The translations under genes and the position numbers were made by a program. A stretch of 62,062 bases of DNA, filler included, from Pseudomonadota bacterium (GTDB lineage: Bacteria; Desulfobacterota; Desulfobacteria; Desulfobacterales; JBDRRP01): assembly GCA_043825735.1 (NCBI GenBank). It is 4 parts of 4 records of this genome, joined end to end, with 100 filler letters (N's around TTAATTAATTAA, not from the genome) between each part and the next. Parts side by side here need not be neighbours in the genome. Positions count along the whole stretch, not along the records: positions 42,312 to 53,672 come from JBDRRP010000091.1; positions 53,773 to 62,062 come from JBDRRP010000099.1; 2 more parts are not named here. One strand, given 5' to 3'. Of this stretch, positions 48,500 to 58,590 are shown piece by piece; positions within the stretch are counted from its first letter, which is position 1, and each line of letters opens with the position of its first letter. Below the pieces are notes generated by a model. The model did not search any database. It was not told the DNA's origin and saw only the letters and a program-made list of their open reading frames with translations.

Positions 48500-49606
48500 C
48501 TAGTTGAGGCCTCCCACGGCGATACCGACACGGCGGTTGAGTTTACGGCCTTCTTTGGTCCCGTTGTCGCCCACCGGGTTGAGTTCGCCGTACCACAGCG
48601 TCACGATCCGGTCGGCACCGATGCCGAGTTTGTCCACCAGGTAGCTTTTCACGCTGTCCGCGCGCTTTTTAGAGAGCGCAAGGTTGTACTGCGCATCGCC
48701 GGTGCTGTCGGAAAAGCCGCCGGCCGCCACAAAGGCGTCCGGGTTGATTTTCAAAAACTCTCCCAGCAGCGCCAGTCTATCATTATATTCACTTTTAATG
48801 ACGGCGCTGTTGAAATCAAACAGCATGTCATCGGTGACCAGGCCGACCACCCGCGTGACAGGTACCAGCCGCTCATAGGAGGAGGCCTTTACCGTAAATA
48901 AGGCGCCGCTGAGATATAGGGGGTTTGCCAAAAACGTCGTCATCGGAATCACCCGGGAGGCGGCGTTGATCTTGGCAACCGCGTTAAGGAGCTTCATCTC
49001 TTTGTCCGCGGTGGCGCTGCTGATCAGATAGAAGCGGACATCGTGATCCTTGGCAATTTCCTTGGCAATCGTCAGCGGAGACGTGAATCCGGTTTGCTTG
49101 GTGAATATGCCGTCGGTAAACATGATGACCGCCGTTGATCCGGTAAGGCCGGAAACCGTTTTTTTCAGGCCGAGCATGCAGGTTAAAAGGTTTGTCGGCC
49201 CCTCGCCTTTATCCGGCAGTTGGTCGATGGCCGCTGCAAACTTTTCACGGTCATACGGCTGCACGGCGTAAATTTCTTCGTAGGTGCCGAGCAGGGTCTT
49301 AAAGTTGGTGTAGTTGAAAAGCCCGGCCTGATAGCCCAAATCCGGCAGCCAGGAATTACGGTCCTTCAAAAAATCCTTGGCGGCCTTGATTTTAGATATG
49401 TTGGTGCCGGGAACATTCTGATTGGTTGAAGCTGATGAGTCGAACAAGACAACGACATTGTCTACGGTCTTAATCAGGTCGGTTACGGTCACCGTTTCCT
49501 TTTCCATCATCGTACGGGTGACAATCTGAAACGCCTGCACCTGGATCGCAGTGAAAAGCAAAACCAGGCCAACCATCGCACTTAAGGTAAAAATACTTTT
49601 TTTCAT
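48500..49606 (-). CDS. VWA plus OmpA-like peptidoglycan-binding domain protein
   Basis: Signal peptide, LFDSSAS, FTDG, LFDFNS, GFSDSTG..YN.ALS.KRA, NRRV. Confidence 0.85.
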   Translation of the reverse strand: MKKSIFTLSAMVGLVLLFTAIQVQAFQIVTRTMMEKETVTVTDLIKTVDNVVVLFDSSASTNQNVPGTNISKIKAAKDFLKDRNSWLPDLGYQAGLFNYTNFKTLLGTYEEIYAVQPYDREKFAAAIDQLPDKGEGPTNLLTCMLGLKKTVSGLTGSTAVIMFTDGIFTKQTGFTSPLTIAKEIAKDHDVRFYLISSATADKEMKLLNAVAKINAASRVIPMTTFLANPLYLSGALFTVKASSYERLVPVTRVVGLVTDDMLFDFNSAVIKSEYNDRLALLGEFLKINPDAFVAAGGFSDSTGDAQYNLALSKKRADSVKSYLVDKLGIGADRIVTLWYGELNPVGDNGTKEGRKLNRRVGIAVGGLN

Positions 49607-49671
49607 GATGCGCCTCCTTTTGATTATCTGCCAAACGCATTTTAACACCTAATGAGCCAAAAGTTGACCTT

Positions 49672-49860
49672 TTACTTTAACCCGACTTCCTTCATTGCCT
49701 GCTTGCAGCGCCCGCTGACCTTTGCATCGTTTTTCTCAAGACACTTCGCCAGGCGGCCCTCTCCGGCGGGAACGCCGCTGCAAAGGTTGGTAAGATCCTC
49801 CCGGCACTCGTTGACCACATCGCTCAATTTTTCCCTCCTCATGAATTTGTTTGGCATCTT
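49672..49860 (-). pseudogene. Fragment of a cysteine-rich repeat protein
   Basis: C-x7-C ... G.GRLAKCL ... VS.RC repeat without a signal peptide or clear start. Confidence 0.45.
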
Positions 49861-49942
49861 TTTTTCGAGTGTACATGTTATCATAAACCGCTTTGGATCA
49901 TTACTCCTTATCATTTGACCGTGTATCCCTTTCCCTCAATCT

Positions 49943-50200
49943 TTACGGCGGAAGGGCTTCTACCGTCAGCAGCGGCAGGTGAAGCTCATAGAGTTCGTTC
50001 AGGACCCCGGACAGGGCCGCCTGATCACTCAGGTGACCGACCAGAATCGTCATCGGTTGACTGTCCGCCGTAAACGCACGAGTAATGACCATGCCGCCCA
50101 ATTGATCCGACAGGCTGTCGTCGATATGGCCCTTTACACGGATCCGATAGACGGCGGGCTTTTCAAATGTCACATTTTTAGCCTGCTGTTCGACTGACAT
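49943..50200 (-). CDS. Small hypothetical protein
   Basis: YRIRVKGH...DQAALSGVLNELY; GAGAGG RBS. Confidence 0.7.
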   Translation of the reverse strand: MSVEQQAKNVTFEKPAVYRIRVKGHIDDSLSDQLGGMVITRAFTADSQPMTILVGHLSDQAALSGVLNELYELHLPLLTVEALPP

Positions 50201-50637
50201 GGGCCCTCTCTATTTGTGATGGGTTCAGCGTTGTCGCCGTAAATGGATGTATAGACGGTAACCCATAGGGGCCGACCCGTCATCCCCCGAAAGTTGTAAA
50301 AAAGGTGTATTTTTGCTGAAACGCTTGGCGTGAAAAGCGGTGTTAAACCTGTGATTCGATGGGCAGCATTTGCATGAATCCCTTCCAGCCGTTCCCAGAA
50401 ACGGGTAAAGGTGCCTGGAAAACAGGTCATTGAATACCACTCACCCTCGAACGTCTTGATTTTTCCTTGTTGATACCATATGGGAGCCGGTCAAGACAGC
50501 CCCTATCTATATACCCATTTCCTGCACACCAACAGCCTCACCCATCGTGCTCATATTAATGGTGTCGCAAGGTTGTCTGCCTATTTATACAAAACGACAT
50601 AAATCCTTGCGCATCAACATTGAGGAGAACTTTACCC

Positions 50638-51585
50638 ATGGGAAATGAGATGTCACAACTCAATAGACTCAAGGACGCGGGTCCTCTGGACGGTCCGAAC
50701 ACGCTTGCCGCTGGAATACCGCGCCTTCAGAACCTTAGCGACGCAATTACCCAGCACGGCACGGAGATGGCCACGGCCCTGGCAATACTGATTTTTGGCC
50801 TCCTTGCCGTCAGAGTGATTGACAAGGGCCTGCGCAAGGGACTGCGCAGGCTGCTGCCGACAGCCAAATTCGTTACGGTTTTCTGCAACACCGTATATAT
50901 CGTTATGGTCGCCGTCGTGATCACCGCCGCAGCGGTGGCGCTCGGGTCCCGCCCTTACAATATCATCAGGGTGCTCACCATCTTTTTACTGGCCACAATC
51001 GGCCTGATCATTTTTTTAAAACCCTTCATCCCCTCCATGCCATTCAAAGTAGGCAATACCGTCAAGGCGGGCGATCTGCTGGGCAAGGTGGAAGCCATCA
51101 CGTTTCTCAACACCCGCATGCGAACGTTTGACGGGAAGACATTTTTCGTACCCAACCGGAAAATCCTCAACGAAATCGTCATGAACTACCAGTTCAACCC
51201 GACCCGGAGGATAAAAATCGATGTGGGCATCCGCTACGACCAGGATCTGCTCAAGGCCAAACGGGTGATGGAGGCGGTGATGACTTCGGACCCTCGCGTG
51301 AAGACCAAGCCGGGCCCGATGGTGTATGTCCTCAACCTGGGCAGTAATTCCGTAGATCTGGGAGGCCGCTGCTGGGTCGACAACAACGAATACTGGGTTG
51401 CCAAATGCGACCTGCTGGAAAAAACCAAACTGCGCTTTGACTACGAAGGCATTAAATTCGCATTTCCGCAACTGGATATCCACATCGATGGTGGCAAATC
51501 TCCGGCCAGTGCCAGTGGTTGTTTACACGCAGGCGGACAAACGCGCATGAATGAGCCCGTAATTGCCGAAGAAGAAAATATCTGA
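50638..51585 (+). CDS. Small-conductance mechanosensitive channel family protein
   Basis: TM helices, PFKVG, G.VEAI, T.DG..FVPN, RRI, I.FAFPQ. Confidence 0.9.
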   Translation: MGNEMSQLNRLKDAGPLDGPNTLAAGIPRLQNLSDAITQHGTEMATALAILIFGLLAVRVIDKGLRKGLRRLLPTAKFVTVFCNTVYIVMVAVVITAAAVALGSRPYNIIRVLTIFLLATIGLIIFLKPFIPSMPFKVGNTVKAGDLLGKVEAITFLNTRMRTFDGKTFFVPNRKILNEIVMNYQFNPTRRIKIDVGIRYDQDLLKAKRVMEAVMTSDPRVKTKPGPMVYVLNLGSNSVDLGGRCWVDNNEYWVAKCDLLEKTKLRFDYEGIKFAFPQLDIHIDGGKSPASASGCLHAGGQTRMNEPVIAEEENI

Positions 51586-51597
51586 CAAGGTGAACCA

Positions 51598-51947
51598 ATG
51601 AAAATTGCCGAGGGACTGAAAGTCATCGAAAATGGATTGATTCGAAAGCCAAAGGGGTTTCGGGTCAAGTTTCAAAAGCGGACCGAAAGCGGTATCGAGC
51701 CCGCCCACTCCCCCCCCTAGAAGATGCTCCGATGAACTCGGATGTCACTGCCTGGCGCTATGCCTGGAAACTGTGGCAGGCAACCCAGGCAGCGTCGGAT
51801 GAAGGCGCGCCAGGCGCCCTTTACAACATTACCGTGGTGGACGAACAGGACAGGGCGATTCGATTCTATGGTACCGGTGAGTTTGAGATTTACAACCCGC
51901 ACAGTGAAGACGCAAGGGGCCTTAACATCCCAGAGATGGCGGTTTGA
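51598..51947 (+). pseudogene. Hypothetical gene frameshifted at a C8 run
   Basis: MKIAEGL...HSPP* joins 51732-51947 in frame if one C is added at 51710-51717. Confidence 0.6.
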
Positions 51948-52118
51948 AAACCAGTGCATCTTTGAACAGGTCTGACGACAGCGCACTGCCCGTGTTTTTG
52001 GCGGCCGCATCTTGTGGCATGTGCGGGATCCACAAACAATTTGAATGGCATAATGGAACGACCGGACATGATGCGGACCGGCGCGACTGTTTCTTAGGTC
52101 AAGATTGGAGCGTTCTGG

Positions 52119-53255
52119 ATGAAATTGAAGATTGCGGTTATTGGACTATTCCTATTTTGTGCAACCCAGGCGCTCGCCGCTGAGTTTGGCAGCCCGGGCG
52201 GACCGGAACCAGCCAACCTCGACCAGGCGAGTGCTTTTCTGCGCACCGACCCCGTCGATCTGGAACTGCTGATCAGTTTCGGCACATCCAAGGGGGGATC
52301 GGCCGGCCATCTGGCGTTGGCGGTGCGGGGTCAGATTCCCGATGATGATCTGGTTTACTCCGCCAATTTCTATGCGGACCGGACGTCCGAGCACGCCAGC
52401 GGCTTCTACACACGGGATCTGATGCTGCGCATCCCTAAAATGGAATATCTCTTCAAGACGACGTCATCGCTGGGCGAGACCGCTTCCTTTGGCCTGGACT
52501 TTGGCGAGATCTACAAGCGGGCGGTGATCGGCGTGCGTGTTTACGGTGTGCCGGCTCCAGAAACAGCGGCGCTGGTCGATTTCTTTAAACGCATCAATGA
52601 CGATTACCACCGGCAGGCCAAAAACACCGAGTACCACACCGGCAAAATCACCTACGACTACATGCAGCTCAACTGCGCCAAGACCATCGGCTCCGCATTC
52701 AAGTTTGGCGCCGGTTACACGGATCTGGATGTTTCCAACCCGGCATTACTTACCGGGCTTCGGGCGGCCAATGCCGTCAGGGCCAACATTCCGACCGAAA
52801 TGGCGATAAGGCTGATCAAGCAATGGAATCAGCGCGGCTATGGCATGGATGTGGTGCTTTATAAAAAATATGAGGCGTCGACCTATGTCGATCCGCACGA
52901 GGCGGAAAAAGTCCAGTTCAAGGATTTGCCCAATCGCTTTCCCTCCGTGCTATCCCTTGATTTCCGTCGCGAACAGGGCGCCTACGAGGATTTCGACAAC
53001 CTATTCGCCATGTATCTGCTCTACAACATGGGCAAGTACAGCATCCGGGTGAACGCGCAGACCCTGCTGCTCGAAGTGGAGAAAAGCAAGCGTCCAATGG
53101 CTTACCGTGAAGCCGCCGAACTGGCTACCCGGAATGCGACGGCAGACAGCGAAGGATTCCTGCGGCGTAGTCTGTTTGAGCCGCAGGGACGAAAAATCGG
53201 CGATCCGGTGGACAACACCCACCTGTATAATTTTACCGAGGAAAGCGCCCGGTAA
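52119..53255 (+). CDS. Exported hypothetical protein with possible His/Cys peptidase-like motifs
   Basis: Signal peptide; SAGHLAL and YDY..LNCA. Confidence 0.7.
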   Translation: MKLKIAVIGLFLFCATQALAAEFGSPGGPEPANLDQASAFLRTDPVDLELLISFGTSKGGSAGHLALAVRGQIPDDDLVYSANFYADRTSEHASGFYTRDLMLRIPKMEYLFKTTSSLGETASFGLDFGEIYKRAVIGVRVYGVPAPETAALVDFFKRINDDYHRQAKNTEYHTGKITYDYMQLNCAKTIGSAFKFGAGYTDLDVSNPALLTGLRAANAVRANIPTEMAIRLIKQWNQRGYGMDVVLYKKYEASTYVDPHEAEKVQFKDLPNRFPSVLSLDFRREQGAYEDFDNLFAMYLLYNMGKYSIRVNAQTLLLEVEKSKRPMAYREAAELATRNATADSEGFLRRSLFEPQGRKIGDPVDNTHLYNFTEESAR

Positions 53256-53468
53256 CGTTAGCCTGGAACGCTTGGCCCATCGATTCGGAACCGCCGCAAC
53301 CAACACCCGTTCTCGCGGTAGAGACGCCAAGATTTGCGGGAAAAGATAAACGTCCAACATCGAATGAAAACCAGTGCTCTCGCAAAGACGCAAAGCGCGC
53401 AAAGAACTGCAAGTTTGCTAAAAGCGGTTGTCATAAGTATGTCCCGAATAAGTTCCGTCGGACCCGTT

Positions 53469-53542
53469 GTCATCCCGAACTTGATCCGGCATCCAGATTC
53501 ACCACTCCATCTTTTGTGTCATCCCGGCGAAGGCCGGGATCC
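53469..53542. repeat. Two GTCATCCC-type REP-like hairpins
   Basis: GTCATCCCG...GCATCCAG and GTCATCCCGGCGAAGGCCGGGATCC. Confidence 0.65.
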
Positions 53543-53672
53543 GTGCGCCTGCGAGCAGGTGCAATCAGTGAGGTGAGAGTCCTCACCCGGGAGATGCCCG
53601 TTCCCGGTAGCTGAAGGTAACTGCGTCACCGTGAGGTGGGGTGGAGAGCAACCGGAGGCGAACACGCAGTCC
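53543..53672 (+). mobile_element. 5' end of a group II intron (class IIC-like), truncated by the gap
   Basis: Starts GTGCG; GCGCCTG/CAGGTGC stem, GGTGAGAGTCC, GTAGC and GGCGAAC elements resembling domain I; lies 2 nt after a hairpin. Confidence 0.8.
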
Positions 53673-53772
53673 NNNNNNNNNNNNNNNNNNNNNNNNNNNN
53701 NNNNNNNNNNNNNNNNTTAATTAATTAANNNNNNNNNNNNNNNNNNNNNNNNNNNNNNNNNNNNNNNNNNNN
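53673..53772. other. Artificial contig spacer
   Basis: N run with TTAATTAATTAA. Confidence 0.97.
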
Positions 53773-53903
53773 TTTGCCTGGTATAACCACTCAATCCATC
53801 TGCGTCGATCTCTTGGGAATTTTAGAAGAAATTCTCTCTTATGGCATCGGTGGGTTATATGCCAGACATGGCCGGGGATATAATGTCTTTTTGCACGAGC
53901 CAT
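53773..53903 (-). mobile_element. N-terminus of a Y1/HUH transposase (RAYT-like), truncated by the gap
   Basis: MARAKRHYIPGHVWHITHRCHKREFLL..DRRRW. Confidence 0.8.
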
Positions 53904-54036
53904 TTCTCGTCGATTCTCTTAATAGGGTAGTTTTGGGGGAAAACCGGTCGATTAAGACCATCTCAGAGACGTTTTTAAGGCATTTTGCCGGCAATGTCAA
54001 CTACTTAGCGCGGCCCGACCCCAGGACTATGCCACA

Positions 54037-54084
54037 GGTCTTCATTCTTGACAGTTTTTCGACACAATGTGAAGAATGAAGACC
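54037..54084. repeat. Palindrome between the RAYT-like gene and the truncated ATPase
   Basis: GGTCTTCATTCTT ... AAGAATGAAGACC, with GACCCC motifs at 54017 and 54081. Confidence 0.65.
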
Positions 54085-54096
54085 CCTTGTCTTCCC

Positions 54097-54363
54097 AATC
54101 ACCAGAATAATGGCTGCATCGACGATTTCTCCCACCAGCGCCGATAAAATGACGGCCAGAATCAAGATAATGCTGAGAATGTTCTTGAACTGATTGAAAA
54201 ACAGGGTGCTGGGGGAAATCGATGTCTCATGGGTTAATTCGTTGGTGCCGTGCTGTGTCAATCGCCTCTGAACCTCTAGACGGTTCAGTCCCTTTTGCGG
54301 GTCCACCGTCAGCCGTGTTAAAACCTCTTCTGTTTCCAGCACATGCCAGAAGATGTTCGACAT
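54097..54363 (-). pseudogene. Truncated cation-transporting P-type ATPase (N-terminus only)
   Basis: WH..EEVL..GL..EV.RRL..HGTNEL..QFKN..ILILA..DAAII; similarity ends at the palindrome. Confidence 0.8.
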
Positions 54364-54527
54364 TCTCAAACCTCCTCGATCTGCGTGGGAAGTCGACGTG
54401 ATTTCAGCTCCCCGACAGCGTCGCTTGAAGAATAACGTTACAGTTTGTCTTTAAAAAAAACATCATTCCACTATAACATATTAAAATGGTTGTCAAAGTG
54501 TTATGGTGCGAAACTCGAGTTGTTAAT

Positions 54528-54556
54528 TTGACAACGGTTAAATGCGGTGATATATT
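54528..54556 (+). promoter_or_regulatory. Sigma70 promoter
   Basis: TTGACA-17 nt-TATATT with extended TG. Confidence 0.6.
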
Positions 54557-54607
54557 TATATATATTATGGCAGACAGAGAATCAATCCTGCTCTGACAAG
54601 GAAGATC

Positions 54608-54964
54608 ATGATGAGAAGATACCGGCACCCCTTGGTGTTGTGGCTTGTGATCGCAATCCATGTAGGAACAGTCGTTGCATCGTTTGCGCCCGAATCATCG
54701 ATTGACTGTCATGGTTCTGCCATAAGCCAAGGCTTAGATCTCGTCGATTTTAGCCGGCCGGAGATTATGTTAAAAACCGGTCTGTTCGATTGCCTCAGAA
54801 ATCTCACCAATTCCCCTTCGAATCTAAAAAATGTTGTGTCGCCGACTTCGGGTTCGGCCCTAAAGAATCATCCTAAAATTACCGCACGTTGCCGTCAGTA
54901 CGGTGAAGACGATTTTCTTTTTTCCCCTTCAAGGTTTATTCACAATTGTTCCCTTCGTCTATGA
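54608..54964 (+). CDS. Hypothetical small protein with hydrophobic N-terminus
   Basis: ORF follows promoter and AAGGAAG; low GC. Confidence 0.4.
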   Translation: MMRRYRHPLVLWLVIAIHVGTVVASFAPESSIDCHGSAISQGLDLVDFSRPEIMLKTGLFDCLRNLTNSPSNLKNVVSPTSGSALKNHPKITARCRQYGEDDFLFSPSRFIHNCSLRL

Positions 54965-55263
54965 ATCGGATCCTTTAGATTATCTCCCCTTCTCGAATTA
55001 ATCGCGGAAACGCAGGCCTAAGTCCATCGATTCATAAATTCGGTGACGAATTTATTTTAGACTTCGGCTGAGCTCAGTCGAAGCCCTCAGGACTTAGTGC
55101 TGAGTGAGCATTTGATCAATTCTGTTCATTAAAATACGTATCTGTATTTGCGAATCGAAGCACTAAGGCAAAAAATCGCGCTTAGAAACGCTTAAACGCG
55201 GCTTATGATGCGCCGGCCACATCAGCAGTGGGGCTGGTTGGATCAATATATGGAGATTGTGCC

Positions 55264-56412
55264 ATGAGCTGGATACAATTAATCGAAATTATTAAAAATA
55301 TTCTTTATACGCAGACAGGAATTCCCCATTTCACCGTAAAAGAGGTTATCATGATCCTTGTTGCCTTCTTTTTCCTTTACCTTGCGGTTGGGAAAAAGTT
55401 CGAGCCGCTCCTATTGGTCCCGATCGGTTTCGGGATATTCATGGTGAATTTCCCGCTGGCGCCCCTTATGGGGTTCAGCGATAACGGCAACCCGGAGCTG
55501 ATCCGCTTCTTTTACAAATACGGCGTCGAGTGGGAGATCATCCCTTGCATCATTTTCCTGGGGCTGGGCGCGATGACGGATTTCACCCCGCTCATTGCCA
55601 ACCCCAAGACCTTGATAATCGGCGCCGGCGCCCAGCTGGGCGTGTTCATTACCTACATCGGCACTCTTTTGTGCGGCTTCACTCTGAAGGAAGCCGCATC
55701 CGTGGGCATCATCGGGGGTGCCGACGGCCCGACGACCATTTACTTGACCACCAAACTGGCGCCTCACCTTCTCGGAGCCAACGCTCTGGCCGCCTATTCT
55801 TACATGGCCATGGTGCCCCTCATCCAGCCGCCGATCATGAAGCTGATGACCACTTCCATCCAGCGGCGGATAAAAATGCGGCAACTTAGACCGGTGTCTT
55901 CACGGGAAAAGCTTTTTTTCCCGCTTATCGCCACCGTCCTGATATTTATTCTCATCCCGGCGGTTGCGCCGCTGATGGGCATGTTTATGTTCGGCAATTT
56001 TCTCAGGGAATGCGGAGTGGTCAAGCGGCTTTCCGATACCGCCCAGAATGCGCTCATGAACACGGTGGTCATTTTTCTCGGGGTTTCTATTGGTGGAACC
56101 ATGAAGGCGGACCAGTTTCTGACAGCAAAACCGCTCTTGATTTTTGCCTTCGGCCTTTTTGATTTTGTCGTTTGCACTATGGGAGGAATTCTTACCGTGC
56201 ATATCATGAACTTTTTCTTGAAAGAGAAGATCAATCCCCTGATCGGGTCGGCAGGGGTTTCGGCGGTTCCGATGTCCGCCCGCGTGAGCCATATGATGGG
56301 AATCAAGGAAGATCCGGACAACTGGCTTGTCATGCACGCCATGGGCCCGAACCTTGCGGGAGTGATCGGCTCGGCGGCGGCGGCAGGGATGTTCATCGCC
56401 ATGTTCCGTTAG
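55264..56412 (+). CDS. oadB: Na+-translocating decarboxylase beta subunit
   Basis: FEPLLLVPIGFG, GAMTDF, IIGGADGPT, AYSYMA, GSAGVSAVPMSAR, HAMGPN. Confidence 0.93.
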   Translation: MSWIQLIEIIKNILYTQTGIPHFTVKEVIMILVAFFFLYLAVGKKFEPLLLVPIGFGIFMVNFPLAPLMGFSDNGNPELIRFFYKYGVEWEIIPCIIFLGLGAMTDFTPLIANPKTLIIGAGAQLGVFITYIGTLLCGFTLKEAASVGIIGGADGPTTIYLTTKLAPHLLGANALAAYSYMAMVPLIQPPIMKLMTTSIQRRIKMRQLRPVSSREKLFFPLIATVLIFILIPAVAPLMGMFMFGNFLRECGVVKRLSDTAQNALMNTVVIFLGVSIGGTMKADQFLTAKPLLIFAFGLFDFVVCTMGGILTVHIMNFFLKEKINPLIGSAGVSAVPMSARVSHMMGIKEDPDNWLVMHAMGPNLAGVIGSAAAAGMFIAMFR

Positions 56413-56466
56413 GAAATCGCCATGAAAAACCCGAAACAGGGTCAAAGCTTTAAAGGAGAAAAATAC

Positions 56467-56898
56467 ATGAAGATCAGAGTGCTTTTGGTAGATGATGAAA
56501 AGGAATTTACGGATGTCCTGGCCAATCGCCTGGCGACGCGTGACTTTGAGGTCATCAAGGCTTTGAGCGCGGATGAAGCTCTGGCCCAGATTAATGAAAA
56601 GGCTATAGATGTGATCATACTGGATGTGCTCATGCCCGGAAAAGACGGAATTACAACCTTGCGGGAAATCAAGCAGCTTAAGCCGCTTATCGAGGTTATC
56701 ATGCTGACGGGCAATGCAACGGTGGCGTCGGGAGTTGCGGGCATGAAGCTCGGGGCATATGATTACCTCATGAAACCCACCGACACAAAGGATCTGGTGG
56801 AAAAGATAGAGAAGGCCTACAAACGGAAGGTTGAACAGGAAGAACGGATTCGGCAGGCTGAAATCGAACGTATCATGCTGAAGCGGGGTTGGGACTGA
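56467..56898 (+). CDS. Stand-alone response regulator (receiver domain)
   Basis: VLLVDDE, LDVLMP..DG, MLTG, DYLMKP. Confidence 0.92.
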   Translation: MKIRVLLVDDEKEFTDVLANRLATRDFEVIKALSADEALAQINEKAIDVIILDVLMPGKDGITTLREIKQLKPLIEVIMLTGNATVASGVAGMKLGAYDYLMKPTDTKDLVEKIEKAYKRKVEQEERIRQAEIERIMLKRGWD

Positions 56899-57017
56899 TT
56901 CGGCCTGCTTGCCGCTCGTCTTGCTATTCCGGACAGTAAGGCGGTTATGATCTGAATTTTGCACGATTCAAGACTGAAGTCCATGATGGCACATTCGAAT
57001 GAAAGGAGTTCGCTGCT

Positions 57018-58550
57018 ATGGCAGAAAAAACTATAAAGATACAGGTAGGCGCGGGACTGCCCGGGATGCCTGAAGAGATCTTCACAGCCCCCGGGAAGGC
57101 AGTTTTCAATTGGAAAAGAATATTTTTTATCATCTTGGGACTTGCCATATTTTTTATCTTCTACTTCATGAAGGATTTGCCGGACGCGGTAGATCCTTCC
57201 GGCAAGCACTTTCCCCTGCCGCCGCAGGGCAGGATGGCCTTAGGGCTCTTTTTTATGGCGGCGGTGTGGTGGATTTTCGAGGTTATTCCCATTGGCGCCA
57301 CTGCCATCGCCATCGGCCTTTTTCAAGTCGTTTTTATGATCCGGAAATCGGATGCGGCTCTGAAGGATTTCTTCGACCCCTCCGTCTGGTTTATCTTCGG
57401 TTCCGTAGTTATGGGGCTCGCCTTTAGCCACTCCGGCCTCACCAAGCGCATGGCTTACAAGATGCTGAATATCGTCGGCGAAAAGACCAATTTCATCCTG
57501 CTCGGCACTTTTCTAATTATCGCCGGCATGACCCTCCTCATGGCCCATACCGCGGTGGCCGCGGCCATGTTCCCGCTGCTCTTGACCATTCACTCCCTCT
57601 ATAGCGAATCCAACCGGCCCACCCGGTTCGGGAAGGGTCTGTTCGTGGGCATGGCCTGGACCGCGGGCGCGGGCTCGGTCATCACCTTCCTGGGTTCGGC
57701 CCGGGCGGTGGCGGGTGCCGGCATGTTCAAAAAATTCACCGGCGGCACGGACATCGGTTTTTTCGAACTTACCTGGTACATGCTTCCCCTGGGCCTGAGT
57801 ATGGTCTTTGTCATCTGGCTCATCGTAATCTTCTGTTTTAAACCGGAAAGGCCCCGCATCGACGGGTTGCGGCAAAGGGTTTCCGATATGAGCAAAGAAC
57901 TGGGCCCTATGAACCCCAAGGAAAAGTTCGTCCTGGTCATGGTGGTGTTGGTGCTGGGACTCTTCATGCTCAAGACCTTCTCCTCCATGCCCTTCTTCAG
58001 GGACATGGACCGGGCGGCCATCATGATGGTGGCCACTCTGGCTTTCTTCCTAACCAAGACCCTCGGCGTAAATGAAATGGAAAACATTCCCTGGAATATC
58101 ATTCTCCTGTTCGGCGGGGCCATGAGCATCGGCTACTGTCTCTACGACACCAAAGCCGCAGAATGGATGGCAGTGAGTTGGGTAAGCTGGTTTCAGAAGG
58201 CCCCCTGGCTGGTTTTTGTGCTGGCCATCGCCTTCTTTGTGCTGATCTTGACAAACTTCATCATGAACGTGGCGGCCATCGCAATTACCCTGCCCATCTC
58301 TTTGGTCATCGCCAAGTATTTGGGAGTGGCGCCCCACGTAATTTTCTTTGCGTCCATAGCTGCCGCGGGCATGCCCTTCAACCTCCTCATCGGCGCAGCG
58401 CCCAATGCCATCGCCTATGAGAGCAAGCAGTTCACTGCCGGTGAGTTTTTTATCTACGGCTGGATTCCCAGCCTCATCCTCATGATTTTCCTGGCGGTCT
58501 TCTGCTACTTCATCTGGCCGCTCCAGGGTATGCCGGTGCTACTCAAGTAA
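57018..58550 (+). CDS. SLC13/DASS family transporter
   Basis: WWIFEVIP, GLTKR, IPWNIILLFGG, LTNF, APNAI. Confidence 0.9.
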   Translation: MAEKTIKIQVGAGLPGMPEEIFTAPGKAVFNWKRIFFIILGLAIFFIFYFMKDLPDAVDPSGKHFPLPPQGRMALGLFFMAAVWWIFEVIPIGATAIAIGLFQVVFMIRKSDAALKDFFDPSVWFIFGSVVMGLAFSHSGLTKRMAYKMLNIVGEKTNFILLGTFLIIAGMTLLMAHTAVAAAMFPLLLTIHSLYSESNRPTRFGKGLFVGMAWTAGAGSVITFLGSARAVAGAGMFKKFTGGTDIGFFELTWYMLPLGLSMVFVIWLIVIFCFKPERPRIDGLRQRVSDMSKELGPMNPKEKFVLVMVVLVLGLFMLKTFSSMPFFRDMDRAAIMMVATLAFFLTKTLGVNEMENIPWNIILLFGGAMSIGYCLYDTKAAEWMAVSWVSWFQKAPWLVFVLAIAFFVLILTNFIMNVAAIAITLPISLVIAKYLGVAPHVIFFASIAAAGMPFNLLIGAAPNAIAYESKQFTAGEFFIYGWIPSLILMIFLAVFCYFIWPLQGMPVLLK

Positions 58551-58590
58551 ACCGGGCGCTTCAAGGAATATGAGGGAGGAGAAACAAAAA

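Noticed and set aside
53543..53903. Intron and RAYT-like gene as one composite element
   Set aside because: They lie on different contigs separated by an artificial spacer
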